In this document: in pieces, positions 26,035 through 35,698 of the stretch | Position numbering within the stretch: the stretch's first letter is position 1 | Layout of the letters: each line of letters begins with the position of its first letter | From: Bacillota bacterium | GTDB lineage: Bacteria > Sysuimicrobiota > Sysuimicrobiia > Sysuimicrobiales > Segetimicrobiaceae | Assembly: GCA_021324255.1 (NCBI GenBank) | Contig: JAJPJL010000128.1 | Span: 26,422-90,421, forward strand | DNA length: 64,000 bases | Direction of reading: 5' to 3' | Position numbers and translations under genes: made by a program | The notes under the pieces: generated by a model | The model's input: only the letters and a program-made list of their open reading frames with translations | What the model was told of the DNA's origin: nothing | Database searches by the model: none

Positions 26035-27816
26035 TCAATCGCGCCGTGCAAGGCGGACGTAATACGGCGTCGCACCGACACGGCGCCACCCCCGGGGAAC
26101 GTGGCCCGGCGGGACGTCCTCGGTGACGATGGCCCTGACGCCGGCCGACGCGAGCGCGCGGAGCGTCCGGCGCTGCGCGCCGGGGGGCGCTGTCCAAAAG
26201 GCCCGCACCGCCTCGTCGGGCACCTCGGCGACCACGCGCACTCGAGCCAGCCTCGCCCAGTAGTCGGGGAACGCCGTGCCGATCACCGCCACGGCGTCGC
26301 CCCCCCGGACCCCCATGGCGCGCAGGCCGGCGGCGACCTGCGCCGGCGCAGGCTGCGCCGGGGCGGCAATGCTGCGGAGCGACTCGAGACCGCGGCTCAG
26401 GAGCATGACCAGCGCGACCGTCACGAAGGCGCCCGCCACCGCGCGCACACCCGCGATGGTTCGCCCCCCTGCGGGGAGCCGCACCGCAGATAGCAGGCCC
26501 GCCCAGAGCAACACCATGAACAAGGCGACAAAGCGAGGCTCGACGTAGACGCAGATCAGCCCGGCCAGCCCGAGGCAGGCGAGCAGCAGGATCCCCCACA
26601 CGCGGGCCAGGCTCCGGACGAACCCCCGCGCCGATCCGCTCACCACCGCCCACCAGCACAGGGTAAGCATGACGAGGGTCGCGGCCCCATTGGTGACCAG
26701 CGCGATATGCGAGAGCCTCGTGAGGTTGACGGCGATCGTCGCGGCCACCTGGCCGGGCACGAAGCACGGTTCGATCCCGTCGTACCAATACGCGGGCGCG
26801 TACCACAGCGGATACGTGGTGCGAAAGGGCCCGGCAAACTCGTACACCGCGGGCGCGGCGGCGATGCGGCGGACCGGGTGCCTCGGCGCGCCGCAGGCGG
26901 GCGGTCCGCCTCGCCAGTGCACGTAGGGCACGCCGTCGACGTGGTAGGCGTAATTGAGGACCGCCGTGTCTCCCGCCGTCAGATGGCCCTCGTGCACGGA
27001 CAGCGCGACGATGAACGGCGCGGCGATCGCGACAAACACCGCGATGCCGAGCAACGCGGCGCGCTTCGCCGCGGGCTCGTGCGACACGGCCCACAGCGCC
27101 CCGAGGAGCACGACGGCCAGGGGCAGGATGAGCGCCCGGCTCAAGTAGCCCACAGCCAGCACGGCCCCGAGCGCGGGCAGGCGCCACGCGTCGGGTTTCA
27201 GGCCCTCGGGCCGGACCAACAAGGCCGCCGCAGCGTAGACGAGCGCGGCCGTCAGCAGGTCGGGCGCGACGACGGCGACGCCGGTGGCCACGAGCGATGC
27301 GGAGATGAACACCGGATACCCGATCGCAAACCAGGCCCACCGCGGCAGCGGCGCGAGGCCGTCGGCGCCGGGATGCCGCGCGTCCCGCTCGCTCCGCGCC
27401 AGCAGCGTGCGCAGGAAGGCGTCGAAGGAGAACAGCGCGGCCGCGTAGATCGCGAAGTTGACCGCGTGCACCACCGGGAACTCCCAGAAGAGACCCGGGC
27501 GCGCCGCGCGCAGGACGCCGCCGAGGAGCACGCCGTAGAGCGGGCTCCACAAGCCGTTCAGGGCGGTGTGCCAGTCGCCCCGCCAGAAGGCGTCGCCCAT
27601 GTCCAGGTAGGAGATGCCGTCCGGATTCATCGCGTTGCGCGACGCGACGGCGTCGAGGAATCCCAGGACCAGCCCCAGGGCAAGCAACAGCCGGCGCAGC
27701 GCCGTGGCGCGGGTCCGGGCCAGCGGGATGACCGGCGCGTCGGCGGCGGACTGCGGTCGCGGGATCTCCGCCCGGACGAGCGTGCCCCGGGTCGACCGCC
27801 CGTGTCGTCGCGCCGT
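26035..27816 (-). CDS. GT-C fold membrane glycosyltransferase (PMT/ArnT-like, family 39/83 candidate)
   Basis: It has about 11 TM helices; the N-terminal TM (LRRLLLALGLVLGFLDAV) is followed by an ISYLDMGDAFW loop. The C-terminal soluble domain is about 150 aa. The start is uncertain. I favour the GTG at 27816 over the ORF start at 28047, because the conserved upstream motif at 27905-27945 would otherwise be intragenic. Confidence 0.55.
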   Translation of the reverse strand, partial: TARRHGRSTRGTLVRAEIPRPQSAADAPVIPLARTRATALRRLLLALGLVLGFLDAVASRNAMNPDGISYLDMGDAFWRGDWHTALNGLWSPLYGVLLGGVLRAARPGLFWEFPVVHAVNFAIYAAALFSFDAFLRTLLARSERDARHPGADGLAPLPRWAWFAIGYPVFISASLVATGVAVVAPDLLTAALVYAAAALLVRPEGLKPDAWRLPALGAVLAVGYLSRALILPLAVVLLGALWAVSHEPAAKRAALLGIAVFVAIAAPFIVALSVHEGHLTAGDTAVLNYAYHVDGVPYVHWRGGPPACGAPRHPVRRIAAAPAVYEFAGPFRTTYPLWYAPAYWYDGIEPCFVPGQVAATIAVNLTRLSHIALVTNGAATLVMLTLCWWAVVSGSARGFVRSLARVWGILLLACLGLAGLICVYVEPRFVALFMVLLWAGLLSAVRLPAGGRTIAGVRAVAGAFVTVALVMLLSRGLESLRSIAAPAQPAPAQVAAGLRAMGVRGGDAVAVIGTAFPDYWARLARVRVVAEVPDEAVRAFWTAPPGAQRRTLRALASAGVRAIVTEDVPPGHVPRGWRRVGATPYYVRLARRD

Positions 27817-27904
27817 CACCGCTCGTTCGGATGCGTCATGGTGCACGAGACGGGAATCGTCCCTCCGGGGAGTCTCCGCTGCAATGTCGTGGCGCAGTGG
27901 CACT

Positions 27905-27945
27905 GTACCGATCGGTTGTAAAGGTTGGTTAAAGAACACCGCCCG
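27905..27945 (-). promoter_or_regulatory. conserved upstream cis-element copy 2
   Basis: The top strand reads GCACTGTAC-cgatcggt-TGTAAAGG-ttg-GTTAAAG, with the same spacing (8 and 3) as copy 1. Confidence 0.45.
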
Positions 27946-28092
27946 CGTCGAGATGGAGCTCCGCAAGGCGCCGACCGAGATCGAGCATCGTGACCGTTCG
28001 ACGGGGTGAAGACGGGCGGGCCGCCGGCGAGGCCGGTGCGGTCTCACGCGTCGGGCCGTGGTCGAGGATTCGTGTTCGCCGCCGGCGCAGGC

Positions 28093-29007
28093 TCACACCG
28101 GCCCGAGACCGCGCAGGCGCGGATCCAGGACATCCCGGATGCGGTCGCCCAGCAGGTTGAAGGCGAGGACGACCAGGGTGATGACGACCCCGGGAATCGT
28201 CGGCATCCACCAGGCTTGCCACACCAAGTCCTGCGCCTGCCCGATCATCTGGCCGAGGCTTGGCGTCGGCGGTTGGATGCCGAGGCCGAGGAAACTCAGC
28301 GCGGCCTCGAAGACGATCACCACCGGCAGATGGAGGGTGCCGAGCACGAGCACCGTGGGGAGCACGTTGGGCAGCACGTGCCGCGCGAGAATGCGGGCGT
28401 CGGATGCGCCCACCGCGCGGGCTGCGGCCGCAAACTCGCGCTCCCGCAACGCCAGGGCCTCGGCGCGCACCACGCGCGCATAGCCGGGCCACCCGGCGAT
28501 CACCAGCACGGCGATGATTTGCAGCAGCCCGGTGCCGAGTACCGCCACCACGGCCACGGCGAGCAGCAACGTGGGGACGGACAGCTGAGCGTCCACGAGG
28601 CGCATCAACGCGACGTCGAGCCACCCGCCGCGGTAGCCGGTCACCATCCCGATCCCAAGGCCGAGGGCCGTGGACAGCGGGACCACCGCGAGCGCCACCC
28701 CGAGCGAGATGCGCAGGCCGACCAGCAACCTGCTCAGCACATCGCGGCCCAACTGATCCGTGCCGAGCAGGTGGACGCCCCCCGCGACGGGGACGAGCGA
28801 CGGCGGATGCACCGGGATGCCGAGATTCTGCGCGGCCGGATCGTACGGCGTCACGAACGACGCGCCGAACCCGGCCGCCAGCAGAACGGCCAGCAGCGCG
28901 GCGCCGACAGCGCCCGACGGGCTCCGCAGGAGGCGGAGCAGCGTCGAGGCGCGCCCGTCGCTACGCGCCCTGTGCGGCGCCGCGAAGACGAGGGTCGACC
29001 CAGCCAT
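28093..29007 (-). CDS. peptide/nickel ABC transporter permease (DppC/OppC-like)
   Basis: Typical N-terminus (RSPSGAVGAALLAVLLAAGF). The EAA-like loop reads AARAVGASDARILARHVLPNVLPTVLVL. The C-terminal DPRLRG motif is present. Confidence 0.8.
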   Translation of the reverse strand: MAGSTLVFAAPHRARSDGRASTLLRLLRSPSGAVGAALLAVLLAAGFGASFVTPYDPAAQNLGIPVHPPSLVPVAGGVHLLGTDQLGRDVLSRLLVGLRISLGVALAVVPLSTALGLGIGMVTGYRGGWLDVALMRLVDAQLSVPTLLLAVAVVAVLGTGLLQIIAVLVIAGWPGYARVVRAEALALREREFAAAARAVGASDARILARHVLPNVLPTVLVLGTLHLPVVIVFEAALSFLGLGIQPPTPSLGQMIGQAQDLVWQAWWMPTIPGVVITLVVLAFNLLGDRIRDVLDPRLRGLGPV

Positions 29008-29890
29008 AGACCAGATCCACGGTGAGGTTGACGGTGAGGAAGACCGCCGCGCCGATGATCGCGGCCCCCTGGACGACCGGGAAATCGCGCCCCAGCACCG
29101 CCTGCACGGCGAGACGCCCCATGCCCGGCCACGCGAAAATCGATTCGACGACGATCGCGCCGCCGAGCATCTGCCCGAAGCTCAGTCCCAGCACCGTCAG
29201 GATGGGCAGCGCCGCGTTGCGCAGCGCGTGCTTGAACAGCACCACGCGGCCCCGCAGGCCCTTGGCGCGCCCCGTGCGGATGTAGTCTTGGGCCAGCACC
29301 TCGAGCAGGCTCGTCCGCGTGAGCCGACTGACCTGCGCGGCGTAGAAGCCGCCGAGCACGAACGCCGGCAAGATCAGGTGGTCGAGGCCGCCGTAGCCGG
29401 AGACCGGGAGCCAGCCCAGCTTGACGCCGAACACGATGATGAGGAGCAGGCCCAGCCAGAAGCTCGGCATGCTCGTCCCGAGCAGGGCCACGGCCATCGC
29501 GGCCGCATCGATGCTCGACCCGCGCCGCACGGCGGCCACCGTGCCGAATGCGACGCCGAGCACGATCGCCACCGCGAGGGAGGCGAGGGCCAGCTCAAAC
29601 GTCGCGCCGATGTGCCCGGCGATCAGCTCCGTCACCGGCACGCCCTGGCGGTACGAGTAGCCGAGGTCGCCGCGCGCGACCCGCGCGATGAAGCGCCCAT
29701 ATTGCACGGCGAGCGGCCGGTCCAGGCCGTAGGCCTGCCGGATCCGCTCCATATCCTGCCGCGTCGCGTCCTGCGTCACCAGCAGCGTCGCGGGATCGCC
29801 GCTCACGTGCAGCAACACAAACACGATCGTGATCACGCCCAGCATGGCGGTGAGCGAAAACGCCACCCGGCGGATCGCGTACTCGCTCAT
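28961..29890 (-). CDS. peptide/nickel ABC transporter permease (DppB/OppB-like)
   Basis: It opens YAIRRVAFSLTAMLGVITIVFVLLHVSGDP. The EAA loop reads DYIRTGRAKGLRGRVVLFKHALRNAALPILT. It ends DPRLRG. Confidence 0.8.
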   Translation of the reverse strand: MSEYAIRRVAFSLTAMLGVITIVFVLLHVSGDPATLLVTQDATRQDMERIRQAYGLDRPLAVQYGRFIARVARGDLGYSYRQGVPVTELIAGHIGATFELALASLAVAIVLGVAFGTVAAVRRGSSIDAAAMAVALLGTSMPSFWLGLLLIIVFGVKLGWLPVSGYGGLDHLILPAFVLGGFYAAQVSRLTRTSLLEVLAQDYIRTGRAKGLRGRVVLFKHALRNAALPILTVLGLSFGQMLGGAIVVESIFAWPGMGRLAVQAVLGRDFPVVQGAAIIGAAVFLTVNLTVDLVYGWVDPRLRGAAQGA

Positions 29891-29927
29891 GACCGGAGAG
29901 TCGCCGCCGCGCGCCGCGGACGCCCGC

Positions 29928-31472
29928 TCAGCGGCTCCACGACGCGTCGGCCATCGTCAACTCCAGGTCCGGACGCGGGGTCCACTGCAGGTCGCGGCTC
30001 ATCCCGTTCGCGTTGGGCGCGGTAAACAGCGTGATGGCGGGCGCCTGATCTTTGTACAGCAGCTGCAGGCGCCGGGAGATGTCGCGCAATTTCGCCTCGG
30101 TGGGCGCCGCCTGCGCCTCCTCCACCAGCTGATCGAACGGGCCGTTACCCGGGCGCCACTGCGACCACTCGCCCGGAGAGTAGAACGCCCGGAGCGGGAT
30201 GATGGTGCTGATCCCAAAGAAATCGGTGAAACGGGTGAACCACCCGTCCTCGGGGAGCTTCCGGTCCATCACCGCCCGCAACTGCACGCCGACCTCCGAC
30301 ACGTTCACCTTCGTCCGGACCCCGATTTGGTTCAACTGCGCGGCGACGGCGAGCACGATGTCGCGGTCGCCGGGGTAGGTGCCGTTCGTTCCGCTGATCG
30401 AGAAGTCGAACCCGTTGGGGTACCCGGCCTCGCGCAGCAAGGCACGCGCCTTGTTCGGATCGTAGGGAAACGGCGGGATGGACGGGTCGCAGGCATCCAT
30501 CACCTCGCTGCAAAACGTCGCCACGGGCGTACCCACGTTGTGCATGACGCTGGTCAGAATGGCCTGGCGATTGATCGCGTAGTTGAGCGCCTGCCGCACC
30601 CGCGGGTCGGCCAGCGGCTTGTCTTTCGCGATGTTGACCAAATTGTAGATGACGAAGAACACGCTCAGGCTCTTGCCCACCACGAGTTTGGTCCTCGGGG
30701 ACGTCTCGAGCGGCGTGAACAGCTCCGGCGGCAACAGAGGGGCCAGCTGCACCGATCCCGCCAGGAGCTCCGCGACCCGCGGCGCGTCGGTGGGGATCAC
30801 GCGAACGGTCACGCGGCTGATTTTCGGCCGCCCGCCCCAGTAGTCGGGATTGGCCTCGAGCTCGACGCGGTCGTCCTTGACCCAGCTCACGAAGCGGTAG
30901 GCTCCCGTCCCGACGGCGTGCCGGACGAGCGCGTCAGCGCCATTTTGCCGGAGATATCCCGGCGGCACGACCATGCCATAGTAGCCGAGGAATCGCGGCA
31001 GCAGCGGCCAGGGCTGCGAGGTCGTGATGCGGACCGTGTCGTCGTCGACCGCGGTCACCGCCTTGATCAACCGCAGCGCCCCGGCGCCCGCCCAGTGCGT
31101 CTTGGGATCCAACATTCGGTCGAACGAGAACTTCACGGCCCCGGCATTAAAGGGCTCGCCGTCCTGGAACTTCACGCCTTTGCGGAGTTTGAATTCCCAG
31201 GTCGTCGGGTCGACCGCGCGCCACGACAACGCCAGCCCGGGTTTGAGATTCAGCGCCGCATCGCGGCGCACCAGCGTATCATACACGTTGGCCAGCACGG
31301 CCACCGTCGCGAGGCCGGTGCTCCCGGCCGGGTCGCCGGTGTCGATGTCGGCGCTCTGCGCAACGACCAGCGTACGGGGCGTTTGCGCCCGGGTCGCCGC
31401 CGCCCCCATCGTGAGCACGACCGCCACACCGGCGCAGAGTGCAATGACCTTGCGCCGCATCTCCAGCCTCAT
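29928..31472 (-). CDS. ABC transporter substrate-binding protein, family 5 (peptide/nickel)
   Basis: The ATG at 31472 follows AAGGGGGAGTGGGG. A signal peptide (MRLEMRRKVIALCAGVAVVLTMGAAATRAQ) is present. The SBP_bac_5 core motifs read VKFQDGEPFNA and NPDYWGGRPK. Confidence 0.8.
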   Translation of the reverse strand: MRLEMRRKVIALCAGVAVVLTMGAAATRAQTPRTLVVAQSADIDTGDPAGSTGLATVAVLANVYDTLVRRDAALNLKPGLALSWRAVDPTTWEFKLRKGVKFQDGEPFNAGAVKFSFDRMLDPKTHWAGAGALRLIKAVTAVDDDTVRITTSQPWPLLPRFLGYYGMVVPPGYLRQNGADALVRHAVGTGAYRFVSWVKDDRVELEANPDYWGGRPKISRVTVRVIPTDAPRVAELLAGSVQLAPLLPPELFTPLETSPRTKLVVGKSLSVFFVIYNLVNIAKDKPLADPRVRQALNYAINRQAILTSVMHNVGTPVATFCSEVMDACDPSIPPFPYDPNKARALLREAGYPNGFDFSISGTNGTYPGDRDIVLAVAAQLNQIGVRTKVNVSEVGVQLRAVMDRKLPEDGWFTRFTDFFGISTIIPLRAFYSPGEWSQWRPGNGPFDQLVEEAQAAPTEAKLRDISRRLQLLYKDQAPAITLFTAPNANGMSRDLQWTPRPDLELTMADASWSR

Positions 31473-31561
31473 CCCCACTCCCCCTTCGCGCACCGCATTC
31501 GACTTCGCACCTCCCGGCCCCGGCGTGGACGCGGCCGGCCCCGCCGCACCGGACGTCGTGC

Positions 31562-32962
31562 TCAACTCCCGGATGCGGCGATCGGCGCGGCCGCCTCGGC
31601 CCCCGCCTCGTCTTTGTACCCGTAGACCTCGGGGAGCAGAAAGAGCGCGGCCAGCAGCCCGATCAACGGAAACACCGCGATAAACAGGGTTGCGTTCGCC
31701 TTGCCGATGGCGCCGAACAACGTTGGGAAGAGAAAGATGCTCAGGAACGACGGCAGCTTCACAAAGACATAGGAAAAGCCGCTCGCGGTCCCCCGGTACG
31801 CGGACGAGGCCACCATGGACGGAATGGTCATGACATTTTCCGCGTCCCAGTAGTGACCCCACAGCATCGCGGCCGCCACGAACGGCAGGAGGATCAGCAT
31901 GTTAGTGTAGATGGCAATAGCGGCGACGATCAACGAGACGAAGACGATGGCGAACCCCCAGATACTGAGTTTTCGCTGCCCGATCTTCGGCGTGATGATC
32001 GGTCCTACCCACCCGGAGATGACCGCGATCAGATAGATCGCCAGCGTGATGAGGTTCGTCTGCAAGATGCCGGACACGTTCAACAGCACGAACAGGACCG
32101 GCAGGTAGAACGCGAACGTCGAGAACTCCGTGCTCTCGGCGAAACAGGCGATCCACCCGTACAGCGTCGCGCGCCACGCGATCCGGTTCCGGCGGACGTC
32201 CGCGATGAACGCGGTGAGCCGCGCGGGCGGCACCTCGACATCCTCGTCCGGCAACATCTCGAGGCTGTCGCCGTACATCTGCTGCGCGACGCGCTTGGCT
32301 TCGCGGAACCTGCCCCGCTGGACCAACCAGATGACGGTCTCCGGCAAATTGTACCGCAGGAGGAACAGGATGATCGCGGGGAGCCCGGACAGTCCCAGCA
32401 CGACGCGCCACAGCGTGTCCGGGGGCACCTTCATGACGAGGAACACCAGCACCACCGCGATGGCCACCACTTCGCCGAGCGCAAACACGAACTGCCAGCG
32501 GTTCCCCATCACCTCGCGCTTGCCCCGCTGCATGTACTCCATGATGTAGGTGTAGCCGTTGGCGATGTCGGCGCCCAGCGGGATCCCCAGGAAGAACCGC
32601 ACCGCCGCGAGCACGCCCATGTTCGGGACGAACGCCTGGGCCGTCCCGAACACAAAGAACATGAGCATCGTGCCGAGAAACACGACGCGCCGCCCCACCC
32701 GGTCGGTCAACCACCCGCCGGCCAACGCGCCGACCACCGCGCCACCCTGCGTGGCCGCCCCGGTCAACCCGAGGAGCCACGACGACGGGTGGAAGATCTG
32801 GGACAGGAAAATCAAAATGAAGGCGATCGAATACAAGTCCCACGACTCGATGAAGATCGATGCGATCATCAACCATCCGACCTGGGACCCCTTGGGACTG
32901 TGTTGCTCGACGAGGTGATCGAGAGCGCGCGCCACGACGGCTCGGTCGAGCGTACCGCTCAT
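31562..32962 (-). CDS. MFS transporter (sugar/phosphate porter-like)
   Basis: It has 12 TM helices. MFS motif A reads GWLTDRVGRRVVF. Codon GC is somewhat lower than in neighbouring genes. Confidence 0.75.
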   Translation of the reverse strand: MSGTLDRAVVARALDHLVEQHSPKGSQVGWLMIASIFIESWDLYSIAFILIFLSQIFHPSSWLLGLTGAATQGGAVVGALAGGWLTDRVGRRVVFLGTMLMFFVFGTAQAFVPNMGVLAAVRFFLGIPLGADIANGYTYIMEYMQRGKREVMGNRWQFVFALGEVVAIAVVLVFLVMKVPPDTLWRVVLGLSGLPAIILFLLRYNLPETVIWLVQRGRFREAKRVAQQMYGDSLEMLPDEDVEVPPARLTAFIADVRRNRIAWRATLYGWIACFAESTEFSTFAFYLPVLFVLLNVSGILQTNLITLAIYLIAVISGWVGPIITPKIGQRKLSIWGFAIVFVSLIVAAIAIYTNMLILLPFVAAAMLWGHYWDAENVMTIPSMVASSAYRGTASGFSYVFVKLPSFLSIFLFPTLFGAIGKANATLFIAVFPLIGLLAALFLLPEVYGYKDEAGAEAAAPIAASGS

Positions 32963-33315
32963 CCTTGCACCTCCGTGAGGGTCGCCGCGCTGTTACCGGT
33001 GCGGTTCGCTACCGGGGACGATGCCATCTTAGGCGCGCCACGCGGCATGGACCTCCGCGTGTCGCGGCCACAGGTGGGGCTCCCACACGTCGCCGTTCAA
33101 CGGACGGGCGAGCTGGAACGGTCCGGGTGCGACTGAGAAACCTCGGCGCAATCCCGCGTCCACATTCGGAGATGCGTCCTCGGGTTCCTGTAGTCCTCGG
33201 TGGAGCGCCGCGCGACCACGGTGGGCGCAAGAGGATGATGGTCGCACCGAACGACTTGCGGTCGCGGGGAAGCGCGGAGCGGCCCCGCCCGTCGAAGCCG
33301 GCTACCCCCCGGCGG

Positions 33316-34728
33316 TCACGATGGGACCACCTCGCGGACGGCGCCGAGTCTACTCATGTGCCATGCGCTGAGACACGCGAGCGCCGCGACGGGCAGCGCG
33401 GCAAGAAACACCCACACGCCGGCCGTCCGCGCGGCCGGCACGGAGAACCCATGGGCGAGCCCGGCAAGGTTTGCGACCGCGGCGGCCAGGGCCGAACCGA
33501 CCGCGGCCCCCGTGAGTCGAATCGTCGCGATACCCGCGCCGCCGAGCGCGCGCTCTTCGCTCGCGAGGGCGCCCAGAATACCCTGACTGATAAACGCGTA
33601 CGATAGGCCGAACCCCGCGCCGATCAAGCCGCTGGCCATCACCACCCAGGGGAGACGGCCACCGTCAAACACCGCGGCGCAGCATGCCACGCCGATGAAG
33701 ATCGTCGCGGCCCCCAGGCGGATCAGCCGGTTCGGCCACTGCCCGGCGAGCCCCGCCACGGGAAGCGCGACTGCGGTCCAGCACACGGCCTCCGCGCTGA
33801 CCACGTAGCCGGCGGCAAGCGGCGACAGGCCCCGCAACGTCTGGAGCACAGCCGGCCCATAGACTGTCAGCCCCATCGTGGCAACGTAGAGCAGGAACAG
33901 CGTGGCGTACCCGGCGCCATGGAGGGTGCGCGGGTCACCCGACCCCGGAGGGAACAATCGCACCGTCCGGCGGGCGTCGAGCCGCAGCATGACCAGGAGC
34001 GCCGCGGCGCCGAGGCCGTCCAACACGGCCACGCGCGTGAAGTCACCCGCCAAATCCGAGACGGCGATCAACGTAATCCCGATGGCGATGAAGCCCAATT
34101 GCGGCCACGCCACCGCCGTCGGCGCGACGGCGCCTTCCCTGGCCGGCAGCATGACCCTGGCGGCGCCCGCGACGATCGCGCCCTGCGCGGCGAACATCCA
34201 GAACACGGCCCGCCATGCACCGGCGTCGGCGAACAGACCCCCGAGCAGCGGCCCCACGAGCACGGCGACGCCCCAGATCGAGCTGATCGCGCTGTAGACG
34301 CGCGGCAACAAGCGGTCCGCAAACAGGAGGCCGATCGCGACCGAGGAGAGGCCTGCCAGCCAGCCCCCGGCGATCCCCTGCAACACCCGCCCCGCCACGA
34401 ACGCGAAGATCTGCGGCGCGACGGCGCTCACCACGCAGCCGCCCGCGTACAGCAGCGCCGCCGCGGCGGTAGCCGTGCGCAGGCCAAGGCGCAGGGCCAG
34501 AATGCCCGACGTGGCCCCCGCGAGCACGGAGCCCGTGAGATAGCCTGCCGTGGCCCAGCCGAAATACGCGTAACCGCCCAGCGCCCGACCGACGCTGGGC
34601 ATGATGGTCGTGGTGACCAAGCTGTCCGCCGCGTACAGCCACACCGCCAGGCAAATCAGGACGAAGGCCGGCAGCCGTCCCTCGCTCAGCACGTCTGCCC
34701 AGCTCGGGCCGGTCGAAGCTCCGATCAT
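33316..34728 (-). CDS. MFS transporter (drug:H+ antiporter-like, 14 TM)
   Basis: It has about 14 TM helices and a motif-A-like loop (LRLGLRTAT). It reads as a typical DHA2-like protein. Confidence 0.75.
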   Translation of the reverse strand: MIGASTGPSWADVLSEGRLPAFVLICLAVWLYAADSLVTTTIMPSVGRALGGYAYFGWATAGYLTGSVLAGATSGILALRLGLRTATAAAALLYAGGCVVSAVAPQIFAFVAGRVLQGIAGGWLAGLSSVAIGLLFADRLLPRVYSAISSIWGVAVLVGPLLGGLFADAGAWRAVFWMFAAQGAIVAGAARVMLPAREGAVAPTAVAWPQLGFIAIGITLIAVSDLAGDFTRVAVLDGLGAAALLVMLRLDARRTVRLFPPGSGDPRTLHGAGYATLFLLYVATMGLTVYGPAVLQTLRGLSPLAAGYVVSAEAVCWTAVALPVAGLAGQWPNRLIRLGAATIFIGVACCAAVFDGGRLPWVVMASGLIGAGFGLSYAFISQGILGALASEERALGGAGIATIRLTGAAVGSALAAAVANLAGLAHGFSVPAARTAGVWVFLAALPVAALACLSAWHMSRLGAVREVVPS

Positions 34729-34749
34729 CCCGCCGGTCGATCCCGACCG

Positions 34750-35031
34750 CTACCCGCCGGTCGCTCGTCTCGGCGCGAGCCGCCGGCGGATACGGTCGAC
34801 CACGGGGATGGCCGGTTCTCCAGGGCCGATGCGGTGCGTGGCCGTGCCTTCGAGCAGACGGCGAAGCCGCTCGCCGGCGATCTCGCGCTCCATCTCCAGC
34901 CGGTACGCGCCGCCCAGGTCGATGACGATCGTTGCATCGAGGTTCACCGAGGACCTCCACCGTTTACCGTGATTGTGGCAACAAAGCTCCACGGCCCGCA
35001 CCGATACGATACGCAGGGCATGGCCTGTCAC
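34750..35031 (-). CDS. hypothetical small protein (93 aa)
   Basis: Third-position GC is moderate, about 75-80%. No domain was recognised. It lies immediately upstream of the MFS gene. Support is weak. Confidence 0.25.
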   Translation of the reverse strand: MTGHALRIVSVRAVELCCHNHGKRWRSSVNLDATIVIDLGGAYRLEMEREIAGERLRRLLEGTATHRIGPGEPAIPVVDRIRRRLAPRRATGG

Positions 35032-35284
35032 ATGGGACAGGATATACCATCGCCGGTCCCGGCGCCGCGACGATGCGGATCCGCGGCGGTCTGGGCCGCG
35101 CGTTCAAGAGCAGGGCACGACTCGTCCCCGGACGGTGTTCGCGGTTCACGACGGAGGAACCGTCCCGCGCTCTTCGCGAAGAGCGTGACATTAGGTACGG
35201 GATCCCCGGGCACGGACGCCCGAGCCACGTCGTTCATCGCGTCGGCCCGCACACGGCATCGGCGGTACACCTGCGATACACACC

Positions 35285-35659
35285 ATGTATTTCGACTGGC
35301 GGCTGTGGCAGTGGACCCGGGGCTATCGCGCGCGAATCGCCGCGGCGGTCGTGTTGGGGCTGCTTGGCTCCGGGATCGGCATCGCGCGATTCGCGCTGCT
35401 CGCGTGGATGCTGGCCCTCGTGTTCCGAGGCGCCTCCGCCGGCGCCCTCGTCGCCCCGGGCATCGCCGCCGTCGGGGCGGTGCTGCTGCGCGGCGCGCTG
35501 GAGCACGCCCGCACGGTGGTCGCGCACGGCACCGCGGCGCGCATCCAGGAGGCCCTGCGCGGGCGGCTCTACGATAAGATCGCCGATCTCGGGCCGGCCT
35601 GGCTTGCCGGCGAGCGCACGGGGGCCGTCACGCTGTCTGTCGTGGACGGGGTCGAGTGA
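35285..35659 (+). pseudogene. N-terminal TM segment of fused ABC exporter, terminated by an in-frame TGA (35657-35659)
   Basis: It is in the same frame as the 35699 ORF. The translation reads ...GAVTLSVVDGVE-TGA-LQTFFGQYLPQLSV..., contiguous across the stop. It would be part of a single roughly 1198-codon gene if the TGA were a sense codon. Confidence 0.55.
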
Positions 35660-35698
35660 CTGCAGACCTTCTTCGGACAGTATCTGCCGCAACTGTCC

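Noticed and set aside
35657-35659. TGA as a sense codon / alternative genetic code
   Set aside because: TGA clearly terminates other genes here (the dapA-like gene at 11316-11318, the permease at 44456-44458, the ATPases). The genome is also far too GC-rich for code-25 lineages. The in-frame TGA is therefore reported as a lesion rather than a recoding system.
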